From: Bacteroidales bacterium
GTDB taxonomy: Bacteria > Bacteroidota > Bacteroidia > Bacteroidales > JAHJDW01
DNA length: 64,000 nucleotides
Assembly (NCBI GenBank): GCA_041671145.1
Contig: JBAZBZ010000007.1
Location: 34,461-98,460 of the forward strand
Direction: 5' to 3'
Position numbers and translations under genes: made by a program. Positions 39,683-48,257 of the stretch are shown in pieces. Numbering within the stretch: position 1 is the first letter of the stretch; each line of letters opens with the position of its first letter. Under the pieces are notes generated by a model that was not told where the DNA came from, searched no databases, and saw only the letters and a program-made list of their open reading frames with translations.

Positions 39683-39836
39683 AAATTGTGAAATTGTGAA
39701 TTTGTGAAATTGTGAGTTAAGCATTTTTTATTTTTTAGTCTTTTGTTTTCAAATTGTCAAATTGTTAAATTGCTTAATCGTTGTTTTTATAATTTATTTT
39801 TGTTTGTGATTTTTAACAATTGAGCAATTTAACAAT
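39683..39836. repeat. Structured pstB-pstA spacer: 4 tandem 8-mers plus a 22-nt inverted repeat
   Basis: AAATTGTG / AAATTGTG / AATTTGTG / AAATTGTG at 39683-39714. ATTGTTAAATTGCTTAATCGTT (39761-39782) pairs with AACAATTGAGCAATTTAACAAT (39815-39836) at 20 of 22 positions. Confidence 0.7.
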
Positions 39837-39842
39837 ATAATT

Positions 39843-40739
39843 TTAAACTTTTTTTCTTCTTATTCTTGCTCTTATGATAACTGCCGTAAAGTTCAATGTA
39901 AAAGTCAATAATAATAAAACCATTGTTGTTGCATACTGAATAGGCATTGTTGCATCAACATTAGTTGATTGGGTTGACATGATGTAAATATGATAACCAA
40001 GATTCATAAACTGGTCGCTTAATGACGTTGGTAATGATGCAAGATAATAAGCCGCGCCTGTGAATAGAATGGGTGCAACTTCGCCTGCACCGCGACTTAC
40101 AGCAAGTATCGTTCCTGTCATAATTCCGGAAATAGAACCGGGAATTACAACTTTTATTATAGTTTGCCATTTTGTTGCACCAAGTGCTAAGCTTGCTTCC
40201 CGCATTTCTTTTGGCACTGCTCTCATTGCTTCTTCAACCGATACAATAACTACAGGCAATGTTAGCAAAGCCATGGTTAAACTTGCCCAGAGAATATTGG
40301 GTTGTGCCCATTTCAAAGTTCCGCCAAGAAAAATATTATCAATGTTTCCGCCAACAAATTTTATAAAAAATCCTAATCCGAATAACCCGAATATTATTGA
40401 AGGTACAACAGCAAGAGTTCTCACAGCAAAGCGAATTGTTTTTGAAATAACTGAATTCTCTTTTGCATATTCCGTTAAGTATATTGCAGTGATGGTTCCG
40501 AAAGGCACCGCAGCAATTGACATAACTATTACCATTAATGCTGTTCCGTAAATTGCCGGAAATATTCCTCCTTTTGTCATTCCGTCCGTAGGAAACTTTG
40601 TTAAAAATTCCCATGTGAAATTACTTCTCCCGTTATAAATAATTATCGAAATCATAATTACTATAATTGCAAGAATTAAAATCACAGAAAACCCTGTTAA
40701 GCCAATAATTATTCTACCTTTTAATTTATTTCTATTCAT
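39843..40739 (-). CDS. pstA: Phosphate ABC transporter permease PstA
   Basis: 6-TM permease with the EAA-type loop (EASLALGATKWQT). Confidence 0.85.
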   Translation of the reverse strand: MNRNKLKGRIIIGLTGFSVILILAIIVIMISIIIYNGRSNFTWEFLTKFPTDGMTKGGIFPAIYGTALMVIVMSIAAVPFGTITAIYLTEYAKENSVISKTIRFAVRTLAVVPSIIFGLFGLGFFIKFVGGNIDNIFLGGTLKWAQPNILWASLTMALLTLPVVIVSVEEAMRAVPKEMREASLALGATKWQTIIKVVIPGSISGIMTGTILAVSRGAGEVAPILFTGAAYYLASLPTSLSDQFMNLGYHIYIMSTQSTNVDATMPIQYATTMVLLLLTFTLNFTAVIIRARIRRKKV

Positions 40740-40756
40740 TATTTAGTTGTCAATAG

Positions 40757-40820
40757 TCATTGGTCATTAGTCATTAGTAAAACTTCGACATTCGATATTC
40801 AGTGTTCGATATTCGATATT
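40757..40820. repeat. Stuttering short-word repeats in the 240-bp pstA-pstC spacer
   Basis: GTCATTGGTCATTAGTCATTAG, then TTCGACATTCGATATTCAGTGTTCGATATTCGATATT. Confidence 0.6.
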
Positions 40821-40979
40821 ATTTATTTTATTTTTTTTCTTTTTCTCTGCGCCTTAGCGTCTTTGCAAAAAACTTTTTTATTTTCAAATTAATTTGTGAA
40901 CTTGCGAAAACAACGAACCACAAACGACAAACTACTAACTATTTTCATTATTCACTATTAATTATTATTTATTATTTTT

Positions 40980-42173
40980 TTAACTCTTCCCTTGAATTCT
41001 TTTTACCAATTTTCCTTTCACGTAAAATTCAGCTATTGCATTTAGAGTAAAAGTAAATATGAATAATAAAGAGCCGATTAAAAACAAAACATTATAATGA
41101 GTGTCGCCAAAAACGACTTCAGCCATTTCCGCACCTATTGTTGCCGATAATGTTCTTACCGAGTCGAATGGGTTTAATGAAATCATTGCTGCATTTCCTG
41201 TTGCCATCAGAACTATCATTGTTTCACCAAAAACTCTGCCTGTTCCTAAAAGTATTGCGGCAAATATACCGGGTGTTGCAGCAGGAAGAGTGACAAAGAA
41301 AGCAGTTTGCCAGCTTGAAGCTCCTAAAGCTAAACTTGCTTCCGTGTATGTTTTGGGAATAGCAGTTAAAGCATCTTCAGTAATAGTGTAAATTATAGGA
41401 ATAGCAGCTAAAGCCATTGCTATCCCGCCTACAAAAGCATTTAATCGTGTTTCATAACCAAATACATTTTGAAAAAAAGATGCTAATACCATTAATGCGA
41501 AAAAGCCTACTACTACTGAAGGAAATCCGGCAAGAAGTTCAACAGCAGGTTTAATTATTTCCTTCATTCTTTTTGAAGCAAAATTCGATGTGAATAACGC
41601 CGCAAGAATTGCAACCGGAGCTGCAAACAACATTGCAATTATTGTTATTTTAAATGTTCCCAGAAACAAAGGCAATAATCCGTATTTGGGGTCGTCAGAA
41701 ACAGGTTGCCATATTCTGCCTGTTAAATTTCTGAATGATGCTCTGTCTTCAGGTGTTTCTTTTCTTTCTTCTTCTTTGATTTTATTATTATCTGTGACGG
41801 CTCCATATTGTTCCTGTCCGTTTGAATTTGTTGGAGTTTCTTTTTTTGTTTCAACTCCATAAGTTTCTTGTCCGTTAGAGTTAACATTTTCTGTTTTAGA
41901 ATTTGTTGAAATGATTTTTTCTGTCTTTGCTTTTTTTGTTTTGTAAAATATGGGAAGTGATTCTCTGAATACGAATACGAAAATTAAAATTATTATTGTT
42001 ATTGATAAAAAGGCAATCAGAGTAATCAGCTTTTCTGCCAAAAACTCCGAAAGCCTGAATTTCTTTTTTAATGATTCGGAAGTAAAACCCTTTTGCGGAG
42101 AATAGTCCAATGTATTCTCATCCTTCGGTTTTAATTCCTCGTCATCATTATTTATGTTTTCAAAATAATTCAT
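40980..42173 (-). CDS. pstC: Phosphate ABC transporter permease PstC with an extended low-complexity loop after TM1
   Basis: EAA-type loop EASLALGASSWQT. About 70 extra residues after the first TM contain a duplicated NSNGQE(T/Q)YG unit. Confidence 0.85.
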   Translation of the reverse strand: MNYFENINNDDEELKPKDENTLDYSPQKGFTSESLKKKFRLSEFLAEKLITLIAFLSITIIILIFVFVFRESLPIFYKTKKAKTEKIISTNSKTENVNSNGQETYGVETKKETPTNSNGQEQYGAVTDNNKIKEEERKETPEDRASFRNLTGRIWQPVSDDPKYGLLPLFLGTFKITIIAMLFAAPVAILAALFTSNFASKRMKEIIKPAVELLAGFPSVVVGFFALMVLASFFQNVFGYETRLNAFVGGIAMALAAIPIIYTITEDALTAIPKTYTEASLALGASSWQTAFFVTLPAATPGIFAAILLGTGRVFGETMIVLMATGNAAMISLNPFDSVRTLSATIGAEMAEVVFGDTHYNVLFLIGSLLFIFTFTLNAIAEFYVKGKLVKRIQGKS

Positions 42174-42181
42174 TTTGCATT

Positions 42182-42311
42182 CAAGTACTTCGAGTACTTA
42201 AAGTTTTCGAAACATTTATATTTATATTATTTTTTTTAATTACTCTAAGTTTTTAAGAAAATCCATCATTTTTTTTTTTACTTTAAGTACTTTAGGCACT
42301 CGAAGTACTTG
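42182..42311. repeat. Long-range inverted repeat spanning the pstS-pstC spacer
   Basis: CAAGTACTTCGAGTACTTAAAG (42182-42203) is the reverse complement of CTTTAAGTACT...CGAAGTACTTG (42281-42311), apart from a 9-nt insertion (TTAGGCACT) in the right arm. Confidence 0.65.
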
Positions 42312-42321
42312 AAATACTTTT

Positions 42322-43155
42322 TTACTTAACCGGAAAGTAGCCAACTTCAACAACTAATTTCTGGCCTTCAGGACCTAAAATCCAGTCAATATATTTCTTT
42401 ATTTCACCGGTTGGTCTGTTTTTTAAATACATGTATAAATACCTTGAAATAGGGTAAACATTGGATTTGATGTTTTCGGCAGTTGGCAAATATGCTGTAC
42501 TTTTATCATCTTTTTTTACTTTGCAATCTTTAACACCTTCAGCATAAGCAGCGCCACCATAGCCAATTCCGTATTTGTCTTTTTTTACTGCATTCACAAC
42601 AGCAGCAGTTCCGGGAAGCGTTTGGCAGCTTGCAGCATAATCAGCTTTTACAACATTGTCTTTAAAATAAACATAAGTACCAGAGCTGTTTTCACGACCA
42701 TATAATTTTATTGCAGCATCGGGTCCGCCAATTTCTTTCCAGTTTTTTATTTTGCCGGTATAAATTCCACTTAATTGTTTTATTGATAATTCGGTTACCG
42801 GATTTGAATTATTTATGAAAATTGTTATTCCGTCTTTTGCACAAGCAATTTCCACTCCCATTGAATTATAGCGTTCTTTTAGTTTATCAATTTCCGATTG
42901 TTTCATCTGACGGCTTGCATTTGCAATGTCAGTTGAACCATTAATTAATGCAGCAATTCCTGTTCCTGAACCGCCACCTGTAACCTGAATTTCAACATTA
43001 GGATTTGATTTCATGTAAACTTCAGCCCATCTTTGAGCAAGAATTACCAATGTGTCCGAACCTTTTACTGTTATTTTTTGCTTAACCATAAAAGCTGTTG
43101 CAATTGTAAACACTACTCCCAGTGCAATTGCTGTTATTATATTTCTTTTTTTCAT
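42322..43155 (-). CDS. pstS: Phosphate-binding lipoprotein/periplasmic protein PstS
   Basis: Signal peptide. GSDTL...GGGSGTG...ANASR motifs of the PBP-like_2 phosphate-binding fold. Confidence 0.85.
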   Translation of the reverse strand: MKKRNIITAIALGVVFTIATAFMVKQKITVKGSDTLVILAQRWAEVYMKSNPNVEIQVTGGGSGTGIAALINGSTDIANASRQMKQSEIDKLKERYNSMGVEIACAKDGITIFINNSNPVTELSIKQLSGIYTGKIKNWKEIGGPDAAIKLYGRENSSGTYVYFKDNVVKADYAASCQTLPGTAAVVNAVKKDKYGIGYGGAAYAEGVKDCKVKKDDKSTAYLPTAENIKSNVYPISRYLYMYLKNRPTGEIKKYIDWILGPEGQKLVVEVGYFPVK

Positions 43156-43213
43156 ATTTTTTTTTATTTTTATTGATTAATTTTTTTTATTAGTGAATCT
43201 GTGGCATGTTTTT

Positions 43214-44815
43214 TTAAAATTTAGCTTGTACTCTTACAGAAAGCATATTGTCTTTTACATCTTTCCCTAAATTGCTGACAACAGTTGCTGTCGATGTTTT
43301 GAAAGCAGCATTATTGCTTTTTTCATTTTGTGGCATATCATATTGAAGAGTTATTCTTATGTTGTCATTAAAGTAATACTGCCATGCAAGAGCTATAGTA
43401 CTTATAGCGATATCACTTGAAGTATTTACGCCATCACCTTTAACTTTAGTATTTGGGTCATAAACATCATATCTTAAAACAAACTGATTTTTCTTACCAA
43501 TGTTTTTAATAAAATACACATAGAATCCTGAAAATTGCCTGATTTTGAAAGGAGAGATAGTTGTTTTAGCTGTTCCGTTTAAGTATGTAGTTGGGTTTGT
43601 AGAATTTTTTGTAGATGTAACAGTATTCACAGTTATTGCACCATCTGAACCAATCGTTGTTGAGCTTTTTCCGGTTAATGTATCTATTTTATATGTTGTA
43701 GATGCTGTAGTTGTTGAGCCGCTAACAATGTTTTGTCCTGCAATAAATTCACCTTTTATAGCTAAACCGCCAAGTATATCAAGATATATTCTCATTTCAC
43801 CGCCAAACCATTGTTTTTTTAAGCAAGCACCGGGTGTTTTCGTACTATCAATTGAATATTTATCTGTTGCAACAGAAGCAGGGGAATCAAATCTTTTAAC
43901 TGAAGTATAATTTGAATTTTGAATATATAGTTTATAGTTTGAACCAATTAAACCTGTATTAATATCAGAATTTACATTTCCAAAATAGCCGTGAGTACCA
44001 ATATCAATACCCAACCAACTTATTGATTTAAGTTTAATTGTATAATAAGCGCGAGCCATAACATCTTTTTGCGGGTCATTATCCACTGCATCAATAGTTG
44101 CTTTGTTAGTTGAAGTTCTTGTAAAAGCGTTTGCAAAGTTGCCATTTAGTAAAGCAAGTTGAACATGAAGAGGAATTTTTGGCGAGTTGTATTCTATTTT
44201 TGTGCCAATTTCTCTTTCGCCCGGATATAGTTTTTGAATTACCATTGAGCGTTCTAATACTTCTCTTGAGCTGGAAGAATATTCAACTTCATAATTTGGT
44301 CTGTTAAACTGACCAGCCCATAAGGCAAGACCTTTACAGAATTTAAAGTTAGCAAGTGCATAAGCATCTTTTAATGCTAACCCACCTGTACTTAAATCGG
44401 GTTGAAGAACAAATGCTATTCCATCAGCTGGCTCATAAGTAAATTTTATTCTGGCTCTACGAAGGAAGAATGTATTATTGTTGCTCAATCCGTATTGAGG
44501 AAACGCACCGGTTAATGTTGTTGCTCCACCATTCTGTGCTTGAAATTGTCCGAATGTCAAAAGTGCACCTTGATATCCTTTTCCGCTGGTTGTGTAATCA
44601 TAGCCCTCTCTGTGTTGCCATTGTGCCTGAATGTAGCCAGATATTTTGATTTTGGCAAGTTTGAATAAATCGGCTTCATCTGTTGAAAGCCGCTCATCGA
44701 GAGCATTTAGTTTTGCATTGTGTTCGTCAATTTTTTCTTTTAATGTATCTAAATTGACTTGCGAAAATCCGCTCAGTGATATCGCCATTAATGTTGAAAT
44801 TAAAATTCTTTTCAT
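43214..44815 (-). CDS. Outer-membrane porin, phosphate-selective porin O/P-like, first gene of the Pho operon
   Basis: Signal peptide, N-terminal coiled coil (LDTLKEKIDEHNAKLNALDERL), then alternating beta-strand pattern ending in ...SVRVQAKF. Position immediately upstream of pstS. Confidence 0.55.
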   Translation of the reverse strand: MKRILISTLMAISLSGFSQVNLDTLKEKIDEHNAKLNALDERLSTDEADLFKLAKIKISGYIQAQWQHREGYDYTTSGKGYQGALLTFGQFQAQNGGATTLTGAFPQYGLSNNNTFFLRRARIKFTYEPADGIAFVLQPDLSTGGLALKDAYALANFKFCKGLALWAGQFNRPNYEVEYSSSSREVLERSMVIQKLYPGEREIGTKIEYNSPKIPLHVQLALLNGNFANAFTRTSTNKATIDAVDNDPQKDVMARAYYTIKLKSISWLGIDIGTHGYFGNVNSDINTGLIGSNYKLYIQNSNYTSVKRFDSPASVATDKYSIDSTKTPGACLKKQWFGGEMRIYLDILGGLAIKGEFIAGQNIVSGSTTTASTTYKIDTLTGKSSTTIGSDGAITVNTVTSTKNSTNPTTYLNGTAKTTISPFKIRQFSGFYVYFIKNIGKKNQFVLRYDVYDPNTKVKGDGVNTSSDIAISTIALAWQYYFNDNIRITLQYDMPQNEKSNNAAFKTSTATVVSNLGKDVKDNMLSVRVQAKF

Positions 44816-44857
44816 GTTTTAATTTTTTTGTTAATAATTCATTGTTGTTTAACAATA

Positions 44858-44935
44858 CAAAAGTCAAGGGTTAATATTTCGTAAACATTAAGAAAAGGTT
44901 AATTGTTGAATAATTTTACGTTAATTGAATGTTAA
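44858..44935 (-). promoter_or_regulatory. Pho-box-like promoter module A (variant -7 box plus phased TTAAC repeats)
   Basis: CAAAAGTC (minus strand GACTTTTG) at 44858-44865. (G/A)TTAA pentamers start at 44870, 44887, 44898, 44920 and 44931, i.e. offsets 12, 29, 40, 62 and 73. Lies 43 nt upstream of the porin ATG. Confidence 0.5.
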
Positions 44936-45060
44936 GAGAATTTTGAAATGCATTTATTAGCAAGAGTTTTGAAGCAAGAATAAAAAAATAAAGAGTTGTT
45001 AATATTGAATAGCCAATACTTTTCAATTACTATAAAAAATATATTTTAACCAAATATAAA

Positions 45061-45156
45061 TTATCTACTAAAAAAGAAAATTACAGTTAGAAAAACAAAA
45101 TATAATATCCAATATATTTTTGTTTTCATTAATTCAATTAATAAATAAGGTTTCAT
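45061..45156 (-). CDS. Possible 31-aa hydrophobic peptide downstream of promoter module B
   Basis: ATG at 45156, TAA at 45061-45063; MKPYLLIELMKTKIYWILYFVFLTVIFFFSR. Too short for the ORF track and no homology evidence. Confidence 0.2.
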   Translation of the reverse strand: MKPYLLIELMKTKIYWILYFVFLTVIFFFSR

Positions 45157-45183
45157 GATTTTTAATTTTAAAATTTCATATTG

Positions 45184-45261
45184 CAAAAGTCAGATATTAA
45201 TGTTTTATAAACATTAAGGGGAAGTTAATTGTTGTATAATATTAAGTTAAGTTAATATTAA
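45184..45261 (-). promoter_or_regulatory. Pho-box-like promoter module B (colinear duplicate of module A)
   Basis: CAAAAGTC at 45184-45191. (G/A)TTAA pentamers start at 45196, 45213, 45224, 45246 and 45257, the same offsets (12, 29, 40, 62, 73) as in module A. Confidence 0.45.
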
Positions 45262-45391
45262 ATGGTACTTCTAAAAAGTATTCACTAATTTGCATTATTC
45301 GCAATTATAAACTGATATTTTTATACTTGTCTGAAATGGATAAGCAGCTTAATTTTTTGTACAATAATCATTGAAGCTTAAGCAGCAGATA

Positions 45392-46789
45392 TTATTTGAT
45401 AAAGTATTTAAATAATAAAAACAGTCCTCCTGAAAGTGTAACAGTAACCGGAATGGTAATAAGCCAAGTGAGTAAAATATTTTTTACGGTTTTTGATTGA
45501 AGATTTTTCAGACCGCCTTCATAAACCATGCTTCCTGCAACACCGGATGATAGAACATGCGTGGTACTTACAGGTAGTCCCAAAAGAGTAGATAATTGAA
45601 TTGTGCTTGCAGCAACAATTTCAGCACTTGCACCCTGAGCATAATTCAAATGCGTTTTACCGATTTTTTCACCGATGGTAACAACAATTCTTTTCCATCC
45701 GAACATTGTACCTAAACCCAGCGAAATGGAAACCATCAATATAGCCCACAATGGAGCAAATTCGGTATATGCTTTTAATTCTTTAATATTTGATTTTAAT
45801 TTGTGAATTTCTTTTTCATCAAGATTGCTCTTGCAGGTTGTTATTGTCGGGGTTAAACTTGCCAAACTTAAAATATTTTTTCTTAATTCAAAACTGTATT
45901 TTTTCGTGTCAACATCGGGAGTTTGAATGATATTTAAAATCTTTTTAATTGCTCCAATGTTCACTTGTGCTTTGTAAACAGCAATTGTGTCTTTCGGTAG
46001 CATTTTTTTCTTGTTGGCTTTATTCAGATACCATTCTATATCATTTACACTGCCAATCATATTAGCCGGATTTTTTGTGGAATTTAAAGCAAATTGAGTG
46101 GGCAAAATGCTTATTAAAATTATCATAATAAGACCAATTCCTTTTTGTCCGTCGTTGGAGCCATGAGAATAACTAACGCTTGTACATGTAAGAACTAATA
46201 TTCCTCTTATCCAGAAAGGTGGCTTTTTGTGTTCATCGGCTGAATGGAAAAATTTCTTTTTTCTTATTATTTTATGAAAAATATACATAAGAAAAATTGT
46301 TATCATAAATCCAATCATTGGAGATACAAGTAATGACAAACCGGCATCAATTATTTTATTCCAGTTTAGCTCAACTGGGGTTGGCGAGGTGATAATGAAT
46401 GCAATTCCAACTCCGAAAATTGAACCAAGCAATGTGTGAGAGCTTGAACAGGGTATGCCCAAATACCACGTTCCGAAATTCCATATTACAGCAGTTAAAA
46501 TGAGTGATGAAACCATTGCTATGTTATTATAAACATTCTGGTCAACCAATGCTTGTAATGGCAAGAGATTAATAATACCCATAGCAACAGCAAGTCCTCC
46601 AAAATAAACACCGAGAAAATTCCATACACCCGACCAGATTACTGCTGTTCGTGGTTTTAATGATTTTGTGTAAATAACGGTTGCAACTGCATTTGCGGTA
46701 TCATGAAAACCGTTAATGAATTCGAATATACATGCTGCTAATAAACATGCGATTAACAGAAGTGCTAAACCTAAATCTAATCCAAACAT
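45392..46789 (-). CDS. pit: PiT-family (PHO4) inorganic phosphate transporter, paralogue 1
   Basis: GFHDTANAVATVIY and SHGSNDGQKGIG signatures. 465 aa. Confidence 0.85.
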   Translation of the reverse strand: MFGLDLGLALLLIACLLAACIFEFINGFHDTANAVATVIYTKSLKPRTAVIWSGVWNFLGVYFGGLAVAMGIINLLPLQALVDQNVYNNIAMVSSLILTAVIWNFGTWYLGIPCSSSHTLLGSIFGVGIAFIITSPTPVELNWNKIIDAGLSLLVSPMIGFMITIFLMYIFHKIIRKKKFFHSADEHKKPPFWIRGILVLTCTSVSYSHGSNDGQKGIGLIMIILISILPTQFALNSTKNPANMIGSVNDIEWYLNKANKKKMLPKDTIAVYKAQVNIGAIKKILNIIQTPDVDTKKYSFELRKNILSLASLTPTITTCKSNLDEKEIHKLKSNIKELKAYTEFAPLWAILMVSISLGLGTMFGWKRIVVTIGEKIGKTHLNYAQGASAEIVAASTIQLSTLLGLPVSTTHVLSSGVAGSMVYEGGLKNLQSKTVKNILLTWLITIPVTVTLSGGLFLLFKYFIK

Positions 46790-46808
46790 ATTTTTTTTTA
46801 ATTTGTTA

Positions 46809-46886
46809 CAAATATTTAAATTTAAGGTTAACTGGATTTTAAGTTAAGTTTAATGGGAAGTTAATTCTATGTTAAATTAATGTTAA
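46809..46886 (-). promoter_or_regulatory. Pho-box-like array upstream of PiT paralogue 1 (shared divergent spacer with the glycosyltransferase gene)
   Basis: Degenerate -7-like CAAATATTTA at 46809-46818. (G/T)TTAA pentamers sit at offsets 18, 29, 40, 51, 62 and 73 from it (GTTAA at 46827, 46860, 46871, 46882; TTTAA at 46838 and 46849), a strict 11-bp phase. Confidence 0.45.
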
Positions 46887-47117
46887 TAATTTAGCCATGA
46901 TTTAAATACTTACTTTATCTGACAGTTTTTTTCAGTCTGACAGAGTATAATAATAATTTTTTTAAAAATTGTTAAATTGATAAATTGATAGATTGTTAAG
47001 AATAGTATTGCTATACGAAAAGGTTAAAACAACAATTAAACAATGTAACCATTTAAAGTATTATTGTAAATAAAAAAAGTTTAAATTAGCATTTAATAAG
47101 TAAGAAATTCAAAAAAA

Positions 47118-48206
47118 ATGAAGTTCGTATTTTTTGTTCAGGGTGAGGGAAGAGGGCACATGACACAAGCGTTGTCACTCAAAACAATAATTGAAAAACG
47201 CGGACATACTCTCGAAAAAGTTTTTGTCGGTATAAGTAGCTCAAGAAAAATTCCCGATTATTTTGTTAATAAAATAGAAGCGGAAATCATTCAAATAAAG
47301 AGTCCGAATTTTATAAGCGATAAAAAACGCAAATCAATTAAAATTTTTCCTTCGATTATATTCAACTTATTTAAAATGCCCGATTTCATTGGCAGTATGA
47401 ATTTAATAAATAAGGAAATTAAAAAAATAAAGCCTGATGTGATTATTAATTTTTATGAACCGCTTTTCGGTTTGTGTAATTGGTTTTATGGCAATAAAAT
47501 TCCTGTTGTTTGCATCGCTCATCAATATATATATCATCATAAAGATTTTGTTTTTCCGGAAAGATTTGAAACCGAAAAGAAAATGTTGAAAGTATTTGCA
47601 TCTCTGACTGCATTGAGAGCGAAAAAGAAACTTGCACTTTCTTTCTATCCTTTAAAAAATAAGAATGATAAATTAATTGTAATTCCACCGTTTTTGAGAG
47701 AAGAGGTTTTGAATTTAAAAATTTCAAAAGAAGATTTTTTGCTTGTTTACCTTTTAAATGAGGGTTATGTTGAGGATATAATAAAATGGCATGATAAAAA
47801 TAAAAATATAAAATTGCATTGCTTTTCCGATTGGAAAGAAATTAAAAATGATGAGTTTGTTTATGATGAAACGCTGTGTTTTCACAAATTAAATGATGTT
47901 AAACTTCTTGATTTGCTCAGTCGTTGCAAAGGACTTGTAACCACTGCCGGCTTCGACATTATTTGCGAAACAATGTATTTGGGAAAACCGGCTTTTATGG
48001 TTCCGGTAGAAAACCAATTTGAGCAATTCTGCAATTCCATTGATGCGCACAGAGCAAATGCAGGCATTTGCGATAACAAATTTGATATATCAAAATTTAT
48101 TAAATTTATCAATTCATATAAAAATAATAATTCCGAATACCGCCAATGGGTGGAGGGTTCAATTGATATTGTTATGAGAGAAATTGAATCGGTATTTACA
48201 GATTAA
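47118..48206 (+). CDS. GT-B glycosyltransferase of the MJ1255/MGDG-synthase-like (GT28-like) type
   Basis: N-terminal FFVQGEGRGHMTQALSL and C-terminal LVTTAGFDIICETMYLGKP motifs are typical of this family. Confidence 0.65.
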   Translation: MKFVFFVQGEGRGHMTQALSLKTIIEKRGHTLEKVFVGISSSRKIPDYFVNKIEAEIIQIKSPNFISDKKRKSIKIFPSIIFNLFKMPDFIGSMNLINKEIKKIKPDVIINFYEPLFGLCNWFYGNKIPVVCIAHQYIYHHKDFVFPERFETEKKMLKVFASLTALRAKKKLALSFYPLKNKNDKLIVIPPFLREEVLNLKISKEDFLLVYLLNEGYVEDIIKWHDKNKNIKLHCFSDWKEIKNDEFVYDETLCFHKLNDVKLLDLLSRCKGLVTTAGFDIICETMYLGKPAFMVPVENQFEQFCNSIDAHRANAGICDNKFDISKFIKFINSYKNNNSEYRQWVEGSIDIVMREIESVFTD

Positions 48207-48226
48207 AGTTTTTAGCAATAAAAACT

Positions 48227-48234
48227 TATCTTTG
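48227..48234 (+). promoter_or_regulatory. -7 promoter box (TATCTTTG)
   Basis: Lies 24 nt upstream of the ATG at 48258. Confidence 0.4.
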
Positions 48235-48257
48235 CAAAAAAAAAATCAGAAAATAAA

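Noticed and set aside
39683-39714. Tandem 8-mers and other short repeats, considered as CRISPR-like arrays
   Set aside because: The period is 8-11 nt with no unique spacers, the arrays have at most 4 units, and no cas genes are present in the window.
40060-40551. 163-aa plus-strand ORF
   Set aside because: It lies entirely antisense to pstA, which has clear permease motifs. Its composition is typical of a shadow frame. The same reasoning applies to 41101-41391 and 41590-41862, which are antisense to pstC.
40802-41050. 82-aa ORF in the pstA-pstC spacer
   Set aside because: It is the translation of stuttering low-complexity repeat DNA, runs into the antisense of the pstC 3' end, and has no start context.
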